A stretch of 64,000 nt of DNA from Candidatus Poribacteria bacterium (GTDB lineage: Bacteria > Poribacteria > WGA-4E > WGA-3G): the NCBI GenBank assembly GCA_965197475.1, contig CBDANF010000003.1, positions 3,360,001 through 3,424,000 of the forward strand, in the 5' to 3' direction. This document shows positions 50,120 to 61,060 of this stretch, piece after piece. The notes under the pieces are model-generated. The model had not been told where the DNA came from, did not search any database, and saw nothing but the letters and a program-made list of their open reading frames with translations. How positions within the stretch are numbered: the first letter of the stretch is position 1; every line of letters begins with the position of its first letter. A program made the translations under genes and the position numbers.

Positions 50120-51013
50120 ATGGAAAGCATATTTCTGAGATGGTGGGGGTGCGGTGCATTTGACGCATGTTTTGGCGATGTAAATATCGCATTTGATCCC
50201 TATTTGTTCAATAAGAACTTAGCGGATGCCGAACCGATATATGATTACATCTTCATCTCCCATGAGCATTTCGACCACTGCCACCCCGCCACCTTACAGA
50301 AATTGTGTTGTGGCACACGTTTTAAAAAGTTATTTGTTAATTCTGGATGCATCACGCCTGCCCTGCCCATCAATGAAAAATACGGGGATGCTGCCTTTGA
50401 ACGCGACCTACCGATAACCAAGCATGTCCCTGCCAATAAAGTCCAGATACTATACCCCAAACATCTCAACGACAAGCAAGGCACGTCCCGTTCATTTCAA
50501 GGTTCAGAGATACTTGACCTCGGTCCTATTCACGTCGAGACAATTGAAAGTGGCGAGAACCAAACGCCTGATTTGCCAACAAACGGCTATTTCATTACAC
50601 ACCTTGCAAAGAATGTCTCTATCCTACACATCGGTGATTTGCACGAACCGTATCCAGCACTGGCAAACCTCCAAAGTAAAGTTGATTTCCTGATTCACAT
50701 GAAACTTGGTCTCGGTGCTGGGCTTGCAGATCGGCTAATTAAACTGATAGAACTCATCCAACCCCGTTTCATGATACCGACACACTATCGCACTAATCGA
50801 AAATCGGATCCGATACCTGAAGGGCATTGGCCTCCAAACGTCACCGATGAAATGGCGTTCATTGAGTCAATCCGTGAAATTGTAGGAGAGAAAACCAACA
50901 TATTTCCTTTTACTGCTGGAATAGAATACGAAATTAAAATGCCAGAGAAACAGGTTATCTGGAAATGGGATTGGTTTAACACATGGACTGTTCCGCCTTG
51001 GCGTAAAAACTAA
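50120..51013 (+). CDS. MBL-fold metallo-hydrolase (UlaG-like)
   Basis: SHEHFDH, HIGD, IPTHY. Confidence 0.9.
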   Translation: MESIFLRWWGCGAFDACFGDVNIAFDPYLFNKNLADAEPIYDYIFISHEHFDHCHPATLQKLCCGTRFKKLFVNSGCITPALPINEKYGDAAFERDLPITKHVPANKVQILYPKHLNDKQGTSRSFQGSEILDLGPIHVETIESGENQTPDLPTNGYFITHLAKNVSILHIGDLHEPYPALANLQSKVDFLIHMKLGLGAGLADRLIKLIELIQPRFMIPTHYRTNRKSDPIPEGHWPPNVTDEMAFIESIREIVGEKTNIFPFTAGIEYEIKMPEKQVIWKWDWFNTWTVPPWRKN

Positions 51014-51081
51014 TTAAAGCGAATAGCAATTATTGCATCTATCTTGAATGTCCGACTTTAACAAATGGGAGTACACGTATT

Positions 51082-52104
51082 GTGTCAACAACCTCCAAAG
51101 TTCGCGTTGCTTTCTACGGATGCGGAAATTTTGCAAACCGAACCCGAATTCCGAACCTTTTACAGCAGGATTCCGTTAATATTGTTGCAGTGTGTGATAG
51201 TAATGTGAAAACGGTACAAGAAACAGTGGAACGTTTCAACGGCGCACATGTCTACCATAGCGAGAATGGTGGTGCACACGAAATGCTTGATACGCAAGAT
51301 TTTGACGTGTTATACTCTATCGTGCCAGCTTATGTACGGACTGATGTTGAAGTCATTGCTGCGGAAAAAGGCATACATATTTTCAGTGAAAAACCGCAGG
51401 CACTTACAATGCAGGTGGCAAATCGAATTGATAAAGCAATTCAGCAATCAGGGGTTATCAGTACTGTCGGGTTTCGCGAAAGGTACCGCCCGATTTTCCA
51501 AAAAGCACGCGAATTTTTGGCTGATAAAAAGGTCGTCCATGTCCGCTTCCAAAGTTATGGGAGACTACCGTCTGCAGCGGGGAGCGAAGCAAAAACGTGG
51601 TGGGCAGATATGAATAAATCGGGTAGTCGCGCTCTTGATTGGGGTGTTCATGCGACAGATTATAGCCGTTTTATGACAGGATTGAACGTTGTCCGTGCGC
51701 AAGCGTTCTATTGTGAACGCTCAGCTTATGCCACGCCGCTATCGTCTATTTTCAATTACTGCTTTGAGAACGGTGCTACGATGACACTCAACTTTGTTTC
51801 TGCTGGTACGAGTCCGAAAGACGAACCTTGGTTTACCGTTTTCTATGAAGGTGGACATCTTGCAATCTACCGATACGACAAGATTGAGGTAAACGGTGAG
51901 AAGTTTTATCAGGCAGAGGAATTTAATCCGTGGTTAGAACAGGATAAAACTTTTATCCGTGCTGTTCAGACAGAAGATGCAAGTATATTACAAAGTGATT
52001 ATCACGATGGACTTTTCTCTTTAGCACCTGTTTTAGCAGGTTGGGAATCTGCACGCCGCAATGGAGAATGTATTGATCTGGATTCATTCATGAATGTTTC
52101 TTAA
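51082..52104 (+). CDS. Gfo/Idh/MocA family oxidoreductase
   Basis: GCGNFA, HIFSEKP, DWGVHATD. Confidence 0.9.
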   Translation: MSTTSKVRVAFYGCGNFANRTRIPNLLQQDSVNIVAVCDSNVKTVQETVERFNGAHVYHSENGGAHEMLDTQDFDVLYSIVPAYVRTDVEVIAAEKGIHIFSEKPQALTMQVANRIDKAIQQSGVISTVGFRERYRPIFQKAREFLADKKVVHVRFQSYGRLPSAAGSEAKTWWADMNKSGSRALDWGVHATDYSRFMTGLNVVRAQAFYCERSAYATPLSSIFNYCFENGATMTLNFVSAGTSPKDEPWFTVFYEGGHLAIYRYDKIEVNGEKFYQAEEFNPWLEQDKTFIRAVQTEDASILQSDYHDGLFSLAPVLAGWESARRNGECIDLDSFMNVS

Positions 52105-52107
52105 TAG

Positions 52108-52131
52108 TAGTAGGCACACTCCGTGTGCCGT
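52108..52131 (+). repeat. GTAG-type REP palindrome
   Basis: TAGTAGGCACACTCCGTGTGCCGT, identical to 57585-57608. Confidence 0.8.
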
Positions 52132-52602
52132 CAACCATACAAAAGATCAGTAATATTTACATGTGCGGTAGGCGCGCTTTGTAAGCGCACGAATAGGGGC
52201 CATTGAGAACCAATTATACAATAATTATGCAAACTCATTAACTGATATTTCTCAAAAGCACTCAGAAATCAGTATCTATCTATGGTCTCTCAATACGCGG
52301 TTATGAAAATGCTAAAAAATACTAATTGATAAACCTCCATTATGTGAAAAAAGCACTTTATTTTCAATACAAAATAGAATAAATTGTCCATTAAATGGGT
52401 TTTTTATAGGTATTTCGTATTGATGTTATTAGGTTTAGAGGAATTAGAAAAACTTCACTCATGTAAAATGTGTGTGCGTTTGTTTTCACGAAGTCAATGG
52501 TCATAGGGGTAAAAAGTTTCATTTGCACTTATTTTTTACATGAGCCGAACAATTGTGAGAAATGTCAGATTAAGATAATTTAATTTGGAGGATTAATAAA
52601 AT

Positions 52603-52818
52603 ATGGATGCAAAACTAAAAAAGATACAGATCACACCGATGAAGTTTGACAAAGACGGTGACGTGCAAAAAGAGGAATTTGCAACCCTCACAATAGAGGT
52701 TCCGATGGATAGTGCAGGGCAACGCGAAGCAATTGTGTCAGTGCTACAACTCCTTAGCCGAGAGTGGGTTGTTCTGCACGTTGAAGGTAAAACTCCTGGA
52801 GCTGTGGGAACCGCTTAG
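52603..52818 (+). CDS. Small hypothetical protein
   Basis: 71 aa, GGAGG RBS, ends 7 bp before the next gene. Confidence 0.75.
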   Translation: MDAKLKKIQITPMKFDKDGDVQKEEFATLTIEVPMDSAGQREAIVSVLQLLSREWVVLHVEGKTPGAVGTA

Positions 52819-52825
52819 GTCAACC

Positions 52826-53959
52826 ATGAAAAAAAGTTATCTCTTTACGCCAGGTCCAACGCCAATTCCGCCAGAAGCGTTGTTAGCAATGGCGCAGCCG
52901 ATTGATTACCACCGAAGTGAAGATGCTATAGCGTTAATTAAAGACGTTTTGGAAAAACTTAAACACGTTTTTCAAACTGACAATGACGTTCTCTTCTTGA
53001 CATCGTCTGGAACAGGTGCAATGGACGGAGCAGTTGCTAATCTATTGTGCCGAGGTGATAAAGTTATAGTTATTCGAAGTGGCAAATTTGGTGAACGGTG
53101 GGCAGAAATCTGTGAGGCTTATGAGATTGAAGTTATCCCTATTGATGTTGCATGGGAAGATTCAGTCGCACCTGAAGCAGTGGAAGCACAGTTAACCACT
53201 CATCCGGACGTAAAAGCGGTTTTCGCTACACTTTGTGAAACGTCTACAGGGGCTTTGCACGACATTCAGGCACTCGCGCGTTTAACACAATCCAGTCCAA
53301 CGCTGCTTGTTGTTGATGCGGTTAGCGCACTCGGTGCAGACGATTTACAGATGGACAATTGGGGTGTTGATGTTGTCGTGTCCTGTTCACAAAAAGGTTT
53401 GATGACACCACCGGGTCTCGCTTTCGCTGCGCTGAATCGTCGTGCATGGGAAGCGGTTGATCGTTCTGACCTGCCGAAGTATTATCTTGATTTCCGCAAG
53501 GCGCATCAAAGTGGACTTGAAGGTTCAGTTCCCTATACACCAGCTATTACGCTCCTTACAGCACTGCAATGTGCGCTAAATAGAGTCTGTGTAGAGGGTA
53601 TCCGAAATACCATTTCTCGCCACAACCGTATGGCTATTGCAACACGAAGTGCTGTTAAGGCGATTGGACTGCCGCTATTCGCAACATGCCCTGCCAATAC
53701 ATTAACTTCAATCCGTTTACCTGAAGAAATTGATGGAAAAGCATTTGTTAAGATGATGCGAGAAAAACACGGCATCACGTATGCAGGTGGACAGAGTGAT
53801 TTGAGTGGTAAGATCATTCGTATTGCACACCTCGGCTGGATGAACGAAAACGATGTTATCGTTGCTATCTCTGCTTTTGAGAGGGGTTTAGCAGAAATCG
53901 GCTATGATGTTGCCCTTGGTGCGGGTGTAACCGCTGCACAAGAGGTTTTTAGAAAGTAA
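52826..53959 (+). CDS. Alanine-glyoxylate/serine-pyruvate aminotransferase family (class V PLP)
   Basis: FTPGPT, SGTGAM, ETSTG, VDAVS, SQKGLMTPPG. Confidence 0.93.
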   Translation: MKKSYLFTPGPTPIPPEALLAMAQPIDYHRSEDAIALIKDVLEKLKHVFQTDNDVLFLTSSGTGAMDGAVANLLCRGDKVIVIRSGKFGERWAEICEAYEIEVIPIDVAWEDSVAPEAVEAQLTTHPDVKAVFATLCETSTGALHDIQALARLTQSSPTLLVVDAVSALGADDLQMDNWGVDVVVSCSQKGLMTPPGLAFAALNRRAWEAVDRSDLPKYYLDFRKAHQSGLEGSVPYTPAITLLTALQCALNRVCVEGIRNTISRHNRMAIATRSAVKAIGLPLFATCPANTLTSIRLPEEIDGKAFVKMMREKHGITYAGGQSDLSGKIIRIAHLGWMNENDVIVAISAFERGLAEIGYDVALGAGVTAAQEVFRK

Positions 53960-53971
53960 AGGTAATAAAAG

Positions 53972-54949
53972 ATGAATGTAGTTCCAAAAGAATTTATCCG
54001 CGTTATGCCAGATACAATGCAAGGTTTCATCAGTGAAGCTTTCCAGAAGGCAGGGACCTCGGAGGAGGGTGCTGCGCACATGGCTCACCTGCTTGTTCTC
54101 ACTGATCTGCGCGGTGTGTTCAGTCATGGCACGTGGCAAACGCCGGGATATGTGGGAATGATGCTTGACGGCAAAGTAAATCCACGTCCAAACGTCCGAT
54201 GCATTGATGAATCCCCGACGACGGCGGTCTATGACGGCGATGGCGGTATGGGACATTTTGCTTCGTATCATGCTGCAAAGGCAGCGGTCAAAAAAGCCAA
54301 AGAGATGGGATTAGGTGCTGCAACGAGTCGGAATCACTTCCACTTTGGGAGTGCTGGCAAGTATTCACGGCTCGCGCTTGAAGCGGATTGCGCCGGGTTT
54401 GCCGTCTCTTGCCACCGTTTTCGCCACAGCCCTGGCGGTGTGATTGCCACCGCAACTGGAGCTTCGCCGATGAGTTTTGCGATTCCGGCGGGCAACCAGC
54501 CGCCCATAGTCGCCGATATGGCAACCGGCATTGATGCCAGGCTGCCGTTAGAACAGGCGTTTGAACAGAGTCCCGCTGCGTTCTTCAAGATGTTGGGTTT
54601 GAGTCATGTGAGTCATGCACTCGGGGGGTTTATGGCAGGCATCTGGCTATTTGATAAGCCTCCAGATCCCCCAACAATCTGGGAAGGTGCCAATCAAGGT
54701 GCTTTCATTGCAGCGATTGATATTTCCCGGTTCCGACCAATTGACGAGTATAAAGCGGAGATCGACCAACATATTTACGATGCACGACAGATGCGACCTG
54801 CACCGGGTTATGACCGAGCGGATCTGCCCGGTGGATTAGAATGGGAGCGCGAACGGGAATGGGCAGAAATCGGCATTCCGGTTGGCGAGGCACATCAGGA
54901 ACAGTTGAAAACAGTTGCTGAACGAGTTGGCATTCCTCTACCATTCTAA
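53972..54949 (+). CDS. Ldh_2 (LDH2/MDH2) family oxidoreductase
   Basis: DLRGVFSHG, DGDGGMG, NHFHFG, DMAT, LPG. Confidence 0.9.
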   Translation: MNVVPKEFIRVMPDTMQGFISEAFQKAGTSEEGAAHMAHLLVLTDLRGVFSHGTWQTPGYVGMMLDGKVNPRPNVRCIDESPTTAVYDGDGGMGHFASYHAAKAAVKKAKEMGLGAATSRNHFHFGSAGKYSRLALEADCAGFAVSCHRFRHSPGGVIATATGASPMSFAIPAGNQPPIVADMATGIDARLPLEQAFEQSPAAFFKMLGLSHVSHALGGFMAGIWLFDKPPDPPTIWEGANQGAFIAAIDISRFRPIDEYKAEIDQHIYDARQMRPAPGYDRADLPGGLEWEREREWAEIGIPVGEAHQEQLKTVAERVGIPLPF

Positions 54950-55092
54950 ATGCTGACTTCTATTTTATTAACCCTACTTTAATTAGTGGGAACATGCTTG
55001 ATACATAGGACTGATGGAAGAATAGTAGAAAGGAAAGGGAACAATGCGTCTATTCTCATTTACTTCTTGACTTCACACTTCCCGATAAGAAT

Positions 55093-56367
55093 ATGTCTGA
55101 AACCACACTATTTGATGTCTCTTATGAACAGCGAAAAAAACCACTGCTGACTCAAACGTTGGAAAGACTCCGCCCCATCTACAGCAAGTCAGAACTTAAC
55201 GTCTTACGGATAGACAGCACAAGTCGAGAAGGGTTATCGCAACGTTCAGGGCGGGGGTTTGTCAATCGTGACATTCTTGAAACCGTTCTGGGAAATCTAT
55301 TGGAATGCGTTGCCCCAGGATCTCACAATGCCCCACATCTTTTTAACCAAAAACGTGAACTTTCGGAAGCGATCGAAGAGGTAGCAGATCAGTTGTATGC
55401 GATGGTCGCACAATCGTTTTTGGCAGTTACGGACGAAACACATCTGGGTGTTGCCCTTGAAACTGCTTTTTCACTCCTCTGGGAACTGCCTCGACTCAAA
55501 AGTCGCGCACTTTGGAATCGTTTCGCATCCCTCAAAGATCCGGCTGTCTGGGATGCGTATCTCCTACATAACGGTATCTCTCGCGAAAAACTTGCAGCTC
55601 TTGATTTCCGTTCCCAAATTGACAACGCAATTAAGGAACGAAGTTTTGACCCATATCAAGATTTTCTCGGCACTTTGAATCTTGCTTCCGTTTTTGAATA
55701 TCAACTTCAACTGGTAGTCAGCACTTATCCTGGGTGGCGCGTGCTATTCTACCACGATGTGGCACACGCTTTGACGCGTAGCGAACCACCGGATGATAAT
55801 CCAGACCTCCACAGAATCCCGGTTCCGTTGTTACCGCGTGCTATTTCGGAACTCGGCGGTCGTTATTACCAAGCCGATTTACATCCAGAAACCCAGATAG
55901 GCGATGCCAATCTATTAGAACATCCACATCGTGGTGTTACGACCGGTCAAACTGGTATTATCGGTTCTGGGTGCGTTATCTACCCTTGCACACTTGGGGG
56001 GTTGAGTGTGAAAGTGAAGCAACGACACCCAGTCATCGGCGACTTCGTGGAGATAGGCACAGATACAAGCCTCCTCGGGCCAGTCCAAATTGCTGACCGC
56101 ACGACTATCGGGACAAATACCGAGATTTACGGGTTTGTTGAAATTGATCAACGGTGTCGTATTGGTTCATCGGTTGTCATCGGAACTATCCGCGGTGCAG
56201 CAGAACATCCTGGGAAAATTATGATTGGAGATGAAGTGCGTATCGGTGACGGCACTGTTATTGAAAATACATCTGAAATGGATTTGATTATACCGACACG
56301 GGCGCAGATTCCTGCACGAAGCCACGTGGCAAATGATGGCTTTGGGTTTCCCAGATATGTAACATAA
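55093..56367 (+). CDS. Atypical serine O-acetyltransferase-like hexapeptide-repeat protein
   Basis: ADLHPETQIG, EHPHRGV, TLGG, RHPVIGD and further hexapeptide repeats; long N-terminal helical region. Confidence 0.75.
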   Translation: MSETTLFDVSYEQRKKPLLTQTLERLRPIYSKSELNVLRIDSTSREGLSQRSGRGFVNRDILETVLGNLLECVAPGSHNAPHLFNQKRELSEAIEEVADQLYAMVAQSFLAVTDETHLGVALETAFSLLWELPRLKSRALWNRFASLKDPAVWDAYLLHNGISREKLAALDFRSQIDNAIKERSFDPYQDFLGTLNLASVFEYQLQLVVSTYPGWRVLFYHDVAHALTRSEPPDDNPDLHRIPVPLLPRAISELGGRYYQADLHPETQIGDANLLEHPHRGVTTGQTGIIGSGCVIYPCTLGGLSVKVKQRHPVIGDFVEIGTDTSLLGPVQIADRTTIGTNTEIYGFVEIDQRCRIGSSVVIGTIRGAAEHPGKIMIGDEVRIGDGTVIENTSEMDLIIPTRAQIPARSHVANDGFGFPRYVT

Positions 56368-56487
56368 AAATGTATTTGAGTTTACAGTATCAAGGTTACA
56401 GACCTCTCCCACCAGATCACTTATATGTTAGGATTATACCATCTCCTGTAAGATTGAAAATAGAATAGAGGTTAAGACGGACGAAAT

Positions 56488-58071
56488 ATGAAGAAAATTG
56501 AACGCGCGCTCATCAGCACTTATGACAAAACGGATCTCATAGAGATCGCAAATGTGCTTGTGGAATGCGGTGTTGAAATCCTTTCCACTAGCGGTACAGC
56601 CCGACACCTCCGTGAGACTGGAATTGAACTCATTGATGTCTCTGACTATACCGGTTTTCCTGAAATGTTAGACGGAAGAGTTAAGACACTTCACCCTAAA
56701 ATCCATGGCGGATTGTTGGCGAAATGGGACAATTTGGAACACGCAGCGCAGGCAAAAGATAACGGCATAAAACCGATCGACATGGTGATTTGCAACCTCT
56801 ATCCGTTTGAAGCAACCGTTGCTAAACCCGATGTCACACTTGAGGAAGCAATTGAAAATATTGACATCGGCGGACCGACAATGATTCGCGCTGCAGCAAA
56901 AAATTACAGGCACGTTGCAGTCCTCACAAATCCCAATCAATATCCACGAATTATTGCTGATTTAGATGCCAACGATGCATGTCTATCCGAAGCGGGACGA
57001 TTTGAGTTAGCAAAAACAGCGTTTCTCCACACCGCACATTACGACAACGCAATTTCTACCTATCTTACCAATTTGGAAACAGATGGAGAATTCAGCGATA
57101 TTCTGACGCTCCGTTTTCAGAAAGCTGAATCGTTAAGATACGGTGAAAATCCGCACCAAAGTGCTGCTTTCTATAAGACTGAAACTGCACCTGCGCCATG
57201 TGCTGCATGGGCAAAGCAGCTGAATGGATCACCGCTATCGTTCAACAACATTCTTGATTTAGATGCCGCCTTAGAGATTGTTAAGGACTTTAAAACCCCT
57301 ACCTGTGCAATCATCAAGCATAATAATCCGTGCGGGCTTGCGACTGCAGGCAACCTACAAGATGCCTTTATAAACGCCCTTGAATGTGATAGAACTTCTG
57401 CTTTCGGTTCAATTGTCGGTTTAAATCGAAAAGTGACAATTCAGACAGCAAACACGATTCGCGATGCTGCAAAATCAGGAGTGAAAATTGAAGCGATAAT
57501 CGCGCCGAGTTACACCGAAAAAGCATTGCGTGCATTGTCTCGTGTTGAAAACCGCCGGATCCTTGAAACAGGACCGTTGCATAATAGTAGGCACACTCCG
57601 TGTGCCGTAACAAATCCCATGCAAATGCGTAATGTAACCGGCGGCGTGCTTGTTCAAGAACAGGATACGCATAACATTGAAAAAAGTGGCTTACAATTTG
57701 TCACTAAACGTAAACCCACGGACAAAGAGATAGAATCTTTACTTTTTGCCTGGAAGGCATGTAAGCATGTCAAATCCAACTGTATCCTGCTTGCTCAGGA
57801 CACACAAACGGTCGGCATCGGTGCGGGACAGATGAGCCGTGTAGATGCTGCTATTATTGCTGTCCGGAAGGCGGGTGAAAAGGCAAAAGACTCAGTTTTA
57901 GCTTCTGATGCCTTCTTTCCATTCCCTGACGGTGTTGAAATTGCTGGAGAGGCTGGCATCCGTGCAGTCATTCAACCCGGTGGCTCAGTAAACGATGCGG
58001 CTGTGATTGAGACTGCGGACGCTTACGGTATGGCAATGGTGTTGACAGGTGTTAGACATTTCCGACATTAA
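56488..58071 (+). CDS. purH: Bifunctional AICAR transformylase/IMP cyclohydrolase
   Basis: [50 protein letters not shown]. Confidence 0.98.
   Translation: MKKIERALISTYDKTDLIEIANVLVECGVEILSTSGTARHLRETGIELIDVSDYTGFPEMLDGRVKTLHPKIHGGLLAKWDNLEHAAQAKDNGIKPIDMVICNLYPFEATVAKPDVTLEEAIENIDIGGPTMIRAAAKNYRHVAVLTNPNQYPRIIADLDANDACLSEAGRFELAKTAFLHTAHYDNAISTYLTNLETDGEFSDILTLRFQKAESLRYGENPHQSAAFYKTETAPAPCAAWAKQLNGSPLSFNNILDLDAALEIVKDFKTPTCAIIKHNNPCGLATAGNLQDAFINALECDRTSAFGSIVGLNRKVTIQTANTIRDAAKSGVKIEAIIAPSYTEKALRALSRVENRRILETGPLHNSRHTPCAVTNPMQMRNVTGGVLVQEQDTHNIEKSGLQFVTKRKPTDKEIESLLFAWKACKHVKSNCILLAQDTQTVGIGAGQMSRVDAAIIAVRKAGEKAKDSVLASDAFFPFPDGVEIAGEAGIRAVIQPGGSVNDAAVIETADAYGMAMVLTGVRHFRH
57585..57608 (+). 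repeat. REP palindrome inside purH
   Basis: 24/24 identical to the intergenic copy at 52108-52131. Confidence 0.85.
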
Positions 58072-58195
58072 TTCTGAAATTGTTTGATTATATTCAGTTT
58101 TGTGGTATACTTCAAAAAAGATAGAACACCACTTACAGAGGTGTATTAATCTGCTTGCCTATCGTTAAAATATTTTTTGCGCAGGAAAATGAAAA

Positions 58196-59368
58196 TTGCC
58201 TACCACATTCTCACTCCCTCCTACAATCATTACAGGTGCTGGTGCATCTAAAAAAGTCGGTGAACAAGCAAAACGACTCGGTGCTACGAACGCACTCATC
58301 GTAACAGACCCAGGCATTGCCAAAATTGGATATACCGACCAAATTGCCCAATACTTGCACAATGCTGAAATAGCCACCTCTATCTTTTCTGATGTCACAC
58401 CCGACCCAACGTTACATAACGTTACGGACGGACTAAAGCAATACCTTGCCGAAAACTGCAATGTGATAATAAGTCTCGGTGGAGGCAGCGCGATTGACTG
58501 CGGAAAAGGCATCGCCATGAAACTCACCAACGATGGCGAATTTGCTGACTATATGGGTGTGGACAAAATCCCCAATCCAGGTGCTCCATTGATTGCGATC
58601 CCTACTACCGCTGGTACAGGAAGCGAAGTTTCTAAAGTCACCGTTGTTACTGATACAGATCGTAATGTCAAAATGATGCTGAGTAGTGCGTGTTTACTTG
58701 CATCTGTTGCACTGGTCGATCCGTTGTTATCCCTCACAACCCCGCCGCACCTGACTGCTGCTGTTGGCGTTGATGCCTTGACACATGCAATAGAGGCATA
58801 CATCTCAAAACGCGCCCAACTGATGACAGATGCACTCGCATTGAAAGCAATCGGATTGATTTCAGGTTCATTGCGACAAGCATGGGCAGATGGAGAAAAC
58901 ATCCCCGCCCGAACAGATATGATGCTCGGTGCGTCAATTGCAGGTATGGCGTTCAGCAATTCATCTGTGGCATTAGTCCACGGCATGTCCCGACCCATCG
59001 GTGCATATTTCCATATTCATCACGGTTTATCAAACGCTGTGCTGCTGCTTGATGTGATGGAGTTTAGCGTTGTCGGTGCGCCAAAACGTTTTGCTGATAT
59101 TGCGCAAGCAATGGGTGAACCGATTGAAGGATTGTCCCCGATGAAACAAGCAGATGCAGCGATTTCGGCAGTGGAACGTCTTGTCAACGATATACAAATG
59201 CCGCGTCTTGGAGAAATTGGTATTGATGGAGAGAAGTTTGAGCAGGTTATTGATCAGATGGCAATTGATGCAATTGCAAGCGGGAGTCCAGCAAACAATC
59301 CTCGTCAAGCTTCGGCAGAAGAGATAGTGGCACTGTATCGGAAATGCTTCTCCCAACGAAGTACATAG
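58196..59368 (+). CDS. Iron-containing alcohol dehydrogenase
   Basis: GGGSAID, PTTAGTGSE, DALTHAIE, HGMS, HHGLSNA. Confidence 0.95.
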   Translation: MPTTFSLPPTIITGAGASKKVGEQAKRLGATNALIVTDPGIAKIGYTDQIAQYLHNAEIATSIFSDVTPDPTLHNVTDGLKQYLAENCNVIISLGGGSAIDCGKGIAMKLTNDGEFADYMGVDKIPNPGAPLIAIPTTAGTGSEVSKVTVVTDTDRNVKMMLSSACLLASVALVDPLLSLTTPPHLTAAVGVDALTHAIEAYISKRAQLMTDALALKAIGLISGSLRQAWADGENIPARTDMMLGASIAGMAFSNSSVALVHGMSRPIGAYFHIHHGLSNAVLLLDVMEFSVVGAPKRFADIAQAMGEPIEGLSPMKQADAAISAVERLVNDIQMPRLGEIGIDGEKFEQVIDQMAIDAIASGSPANNPRQASAEEIVALYRKCFSQRST

Positions 59369-59447
59369 ATACGCAAGGTTTGCACATACCGAAGTAAATT
59401 TAAAAGTGTTCTGAAGTTTAAAACTAAAGGCGTGTAAGAACAGAATA

Positions 59448-61004
59448 ATGGCACAAGTACCAATTATTGAGATGCGCGGCATCGGTAAACGATTTGGACA
59501 GGTACAAGCTAACGATGCCGTAGATTTTACGCTACAGCGCGGTGAAATACACGCTATTGTTGGAGAGAACGGCGCAGGTAAATCTACGTTGATGAAAATC
59601 CTTTACGGATTATATCAATCGGACGAAGGGGAAATCTATGTTGATAGACAACCTGTTACTATCCCAACACCGCGGCGAGCAATGCGTCTCGGTTTAGGAA
59701 TGATTCAGCAACATTTTACATTAATTCCTGCTTTCACTGCACTTCAAAACATTATCCTCGCAAAAGAGACATGTAAATTCGGAACCCTCCTGGATTATCA
59801 AAAGGCTGAAGATGAAGTAACAGAACTCGCTGAACAAGTTGGGTTTGATGTGCCTTTGAACACTCCTATAGAATCCCTACCCATTGGCGCACAACAACAC
59901 ACAGAAATCCTAAAAGTCCTTTACCACGGTGCCGAAATCTTGATTATGGATGAACCGACTGCTGTGCTTGTCCCACAAGAGATTGAGGGGTTGTTTGAAT
60001 GCATGCGTAGTCTTAAAAAAGAGGGTAAGAGCATAATCATCATAACCCATAAACTTGATGAAGTGATGACGATAGCCGATACTGTTACCGTGATGCGCCG
60101 CGGGAAAGCCGTGGCGACATCTTCTATTTCCGATACTAATCCAAATCTGTTGGCGGAACTAATACTTGGCGAACCAGTCCTTCAAAGCTCAATAGAGCGA
60201 AAGGAAATCGACCAAGAAAATCCTATGCTACACTTAGAAGATGTAAAGTTAAAAGCTGGGACAGGTAAAAACCTACTTGATGGAATTAACCTTGATGTTT
60301 TCTCAGGTGAAATTGTTGGAATAGCAGGTGTAGAAGGAAACGGGCAAACGGAACTGATTGAAGTGCTTACGGGGTTGAAACATATTCAGCATGGGAAAAT
60401 CACCTTAAACGGAGAATCTGTCATCAACGCATCACCAGCAGAATTCCGAGAAAAACACGTCGCGCATCTGCCTGCAGATAGACATCGCCACGGGGTTAGT
60501 CTAAATAACCGAATTGATGAAAATTTTATTATTGGGAAACATAAACAGAAACTGTTTTCTCATAACGCAATGCTAAATGCAAAAAACATCCAACGATTTA
60601 CGATAAACGCATTGGACAGATACCAGATTCGAGCTGGAAATATTGCAGAACCGATCAAAACGCTCTCCGGCGGAAATCAGCAGAAGGTTGTCGTTGCCCG
60701 TGAATTGTCCGGCGATCCTTCCCTTATCATTGCTGCACACCCGACGCGTGGTCTGGACGTTCATGCTGCGAAATTTGTTCATACACGTCTTATTCAGGCA
60801 CGTAACCGTGGAAAATCAGTTTTACTTGTGTCCTCTGAATTGGAGGAACTACTTCACCTCAGCGATAGGATAGCGGTTATGTACAATGGCAAAATTGCTG
60901 GAATTGTCATACCTGCCGCTGATGATGAACTTGCCAGTGATTTGCAGGAAACAGATAAGCAGAAACTCGGTGCCTTAATGCTTGGATTGTCTTTAGAACA
61001 TTAG
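59448..61004 (+). CDS. Sugar/nucleoside ABC importer ATP-binding protein (two fused domains)
   Basis: GENGAGKST, DEPT, LSGGNQQK, PTRGLD. Confidence 0.94.
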   Translation: MAQVPIIEMRGIGKRFGQVQANDAVDFTLQRGEIHAIVGENGAGKSTLMKILYGLYQSDEGEIYVDRQPVTIPTPRRAMRLGLGMIQQHFTLIPAFTALQNIILAKETCKFGTLLDYQKAEDEVTELAEQVGFDVPLNTPIESLPIGAQQHTEILKVLYHGAEILIMDEPTAVLVPQEIEGLFECMRSLKKEGKSIIIITHKLDEVMTIADTVTVMRRGKAVATSSISDTNPNLLAELILGEPVLQSSIERKEIDQENPMLHLEDVKLKAGTGKNLLDGINLDVFSGEIVGIAGVEGNGQTELIEVLTGLKHIQHGKITLNGESVINASPAEFREKHVAHLPADRHRHGVSLNNRIDENFIIGKHKQKLFSHNAMLNAKNIQRFTINALDRYQIRAGNIAEPIKTLSGGNQQKVVVARELSGDPSLIIAAHPTRGLDVHAAKFVHTRLIQARNRGKSVLLVSSELEELLHLSDRIAVMYNGKIAGIVIPAADDELASDLQETDKQKLGALMLGLSLEH

Positions 61005-61060
61005 CACACTCAGTGGTTAGCATTTTGATAAAACAGCACCTTAACTTTGAGGAAACAACA

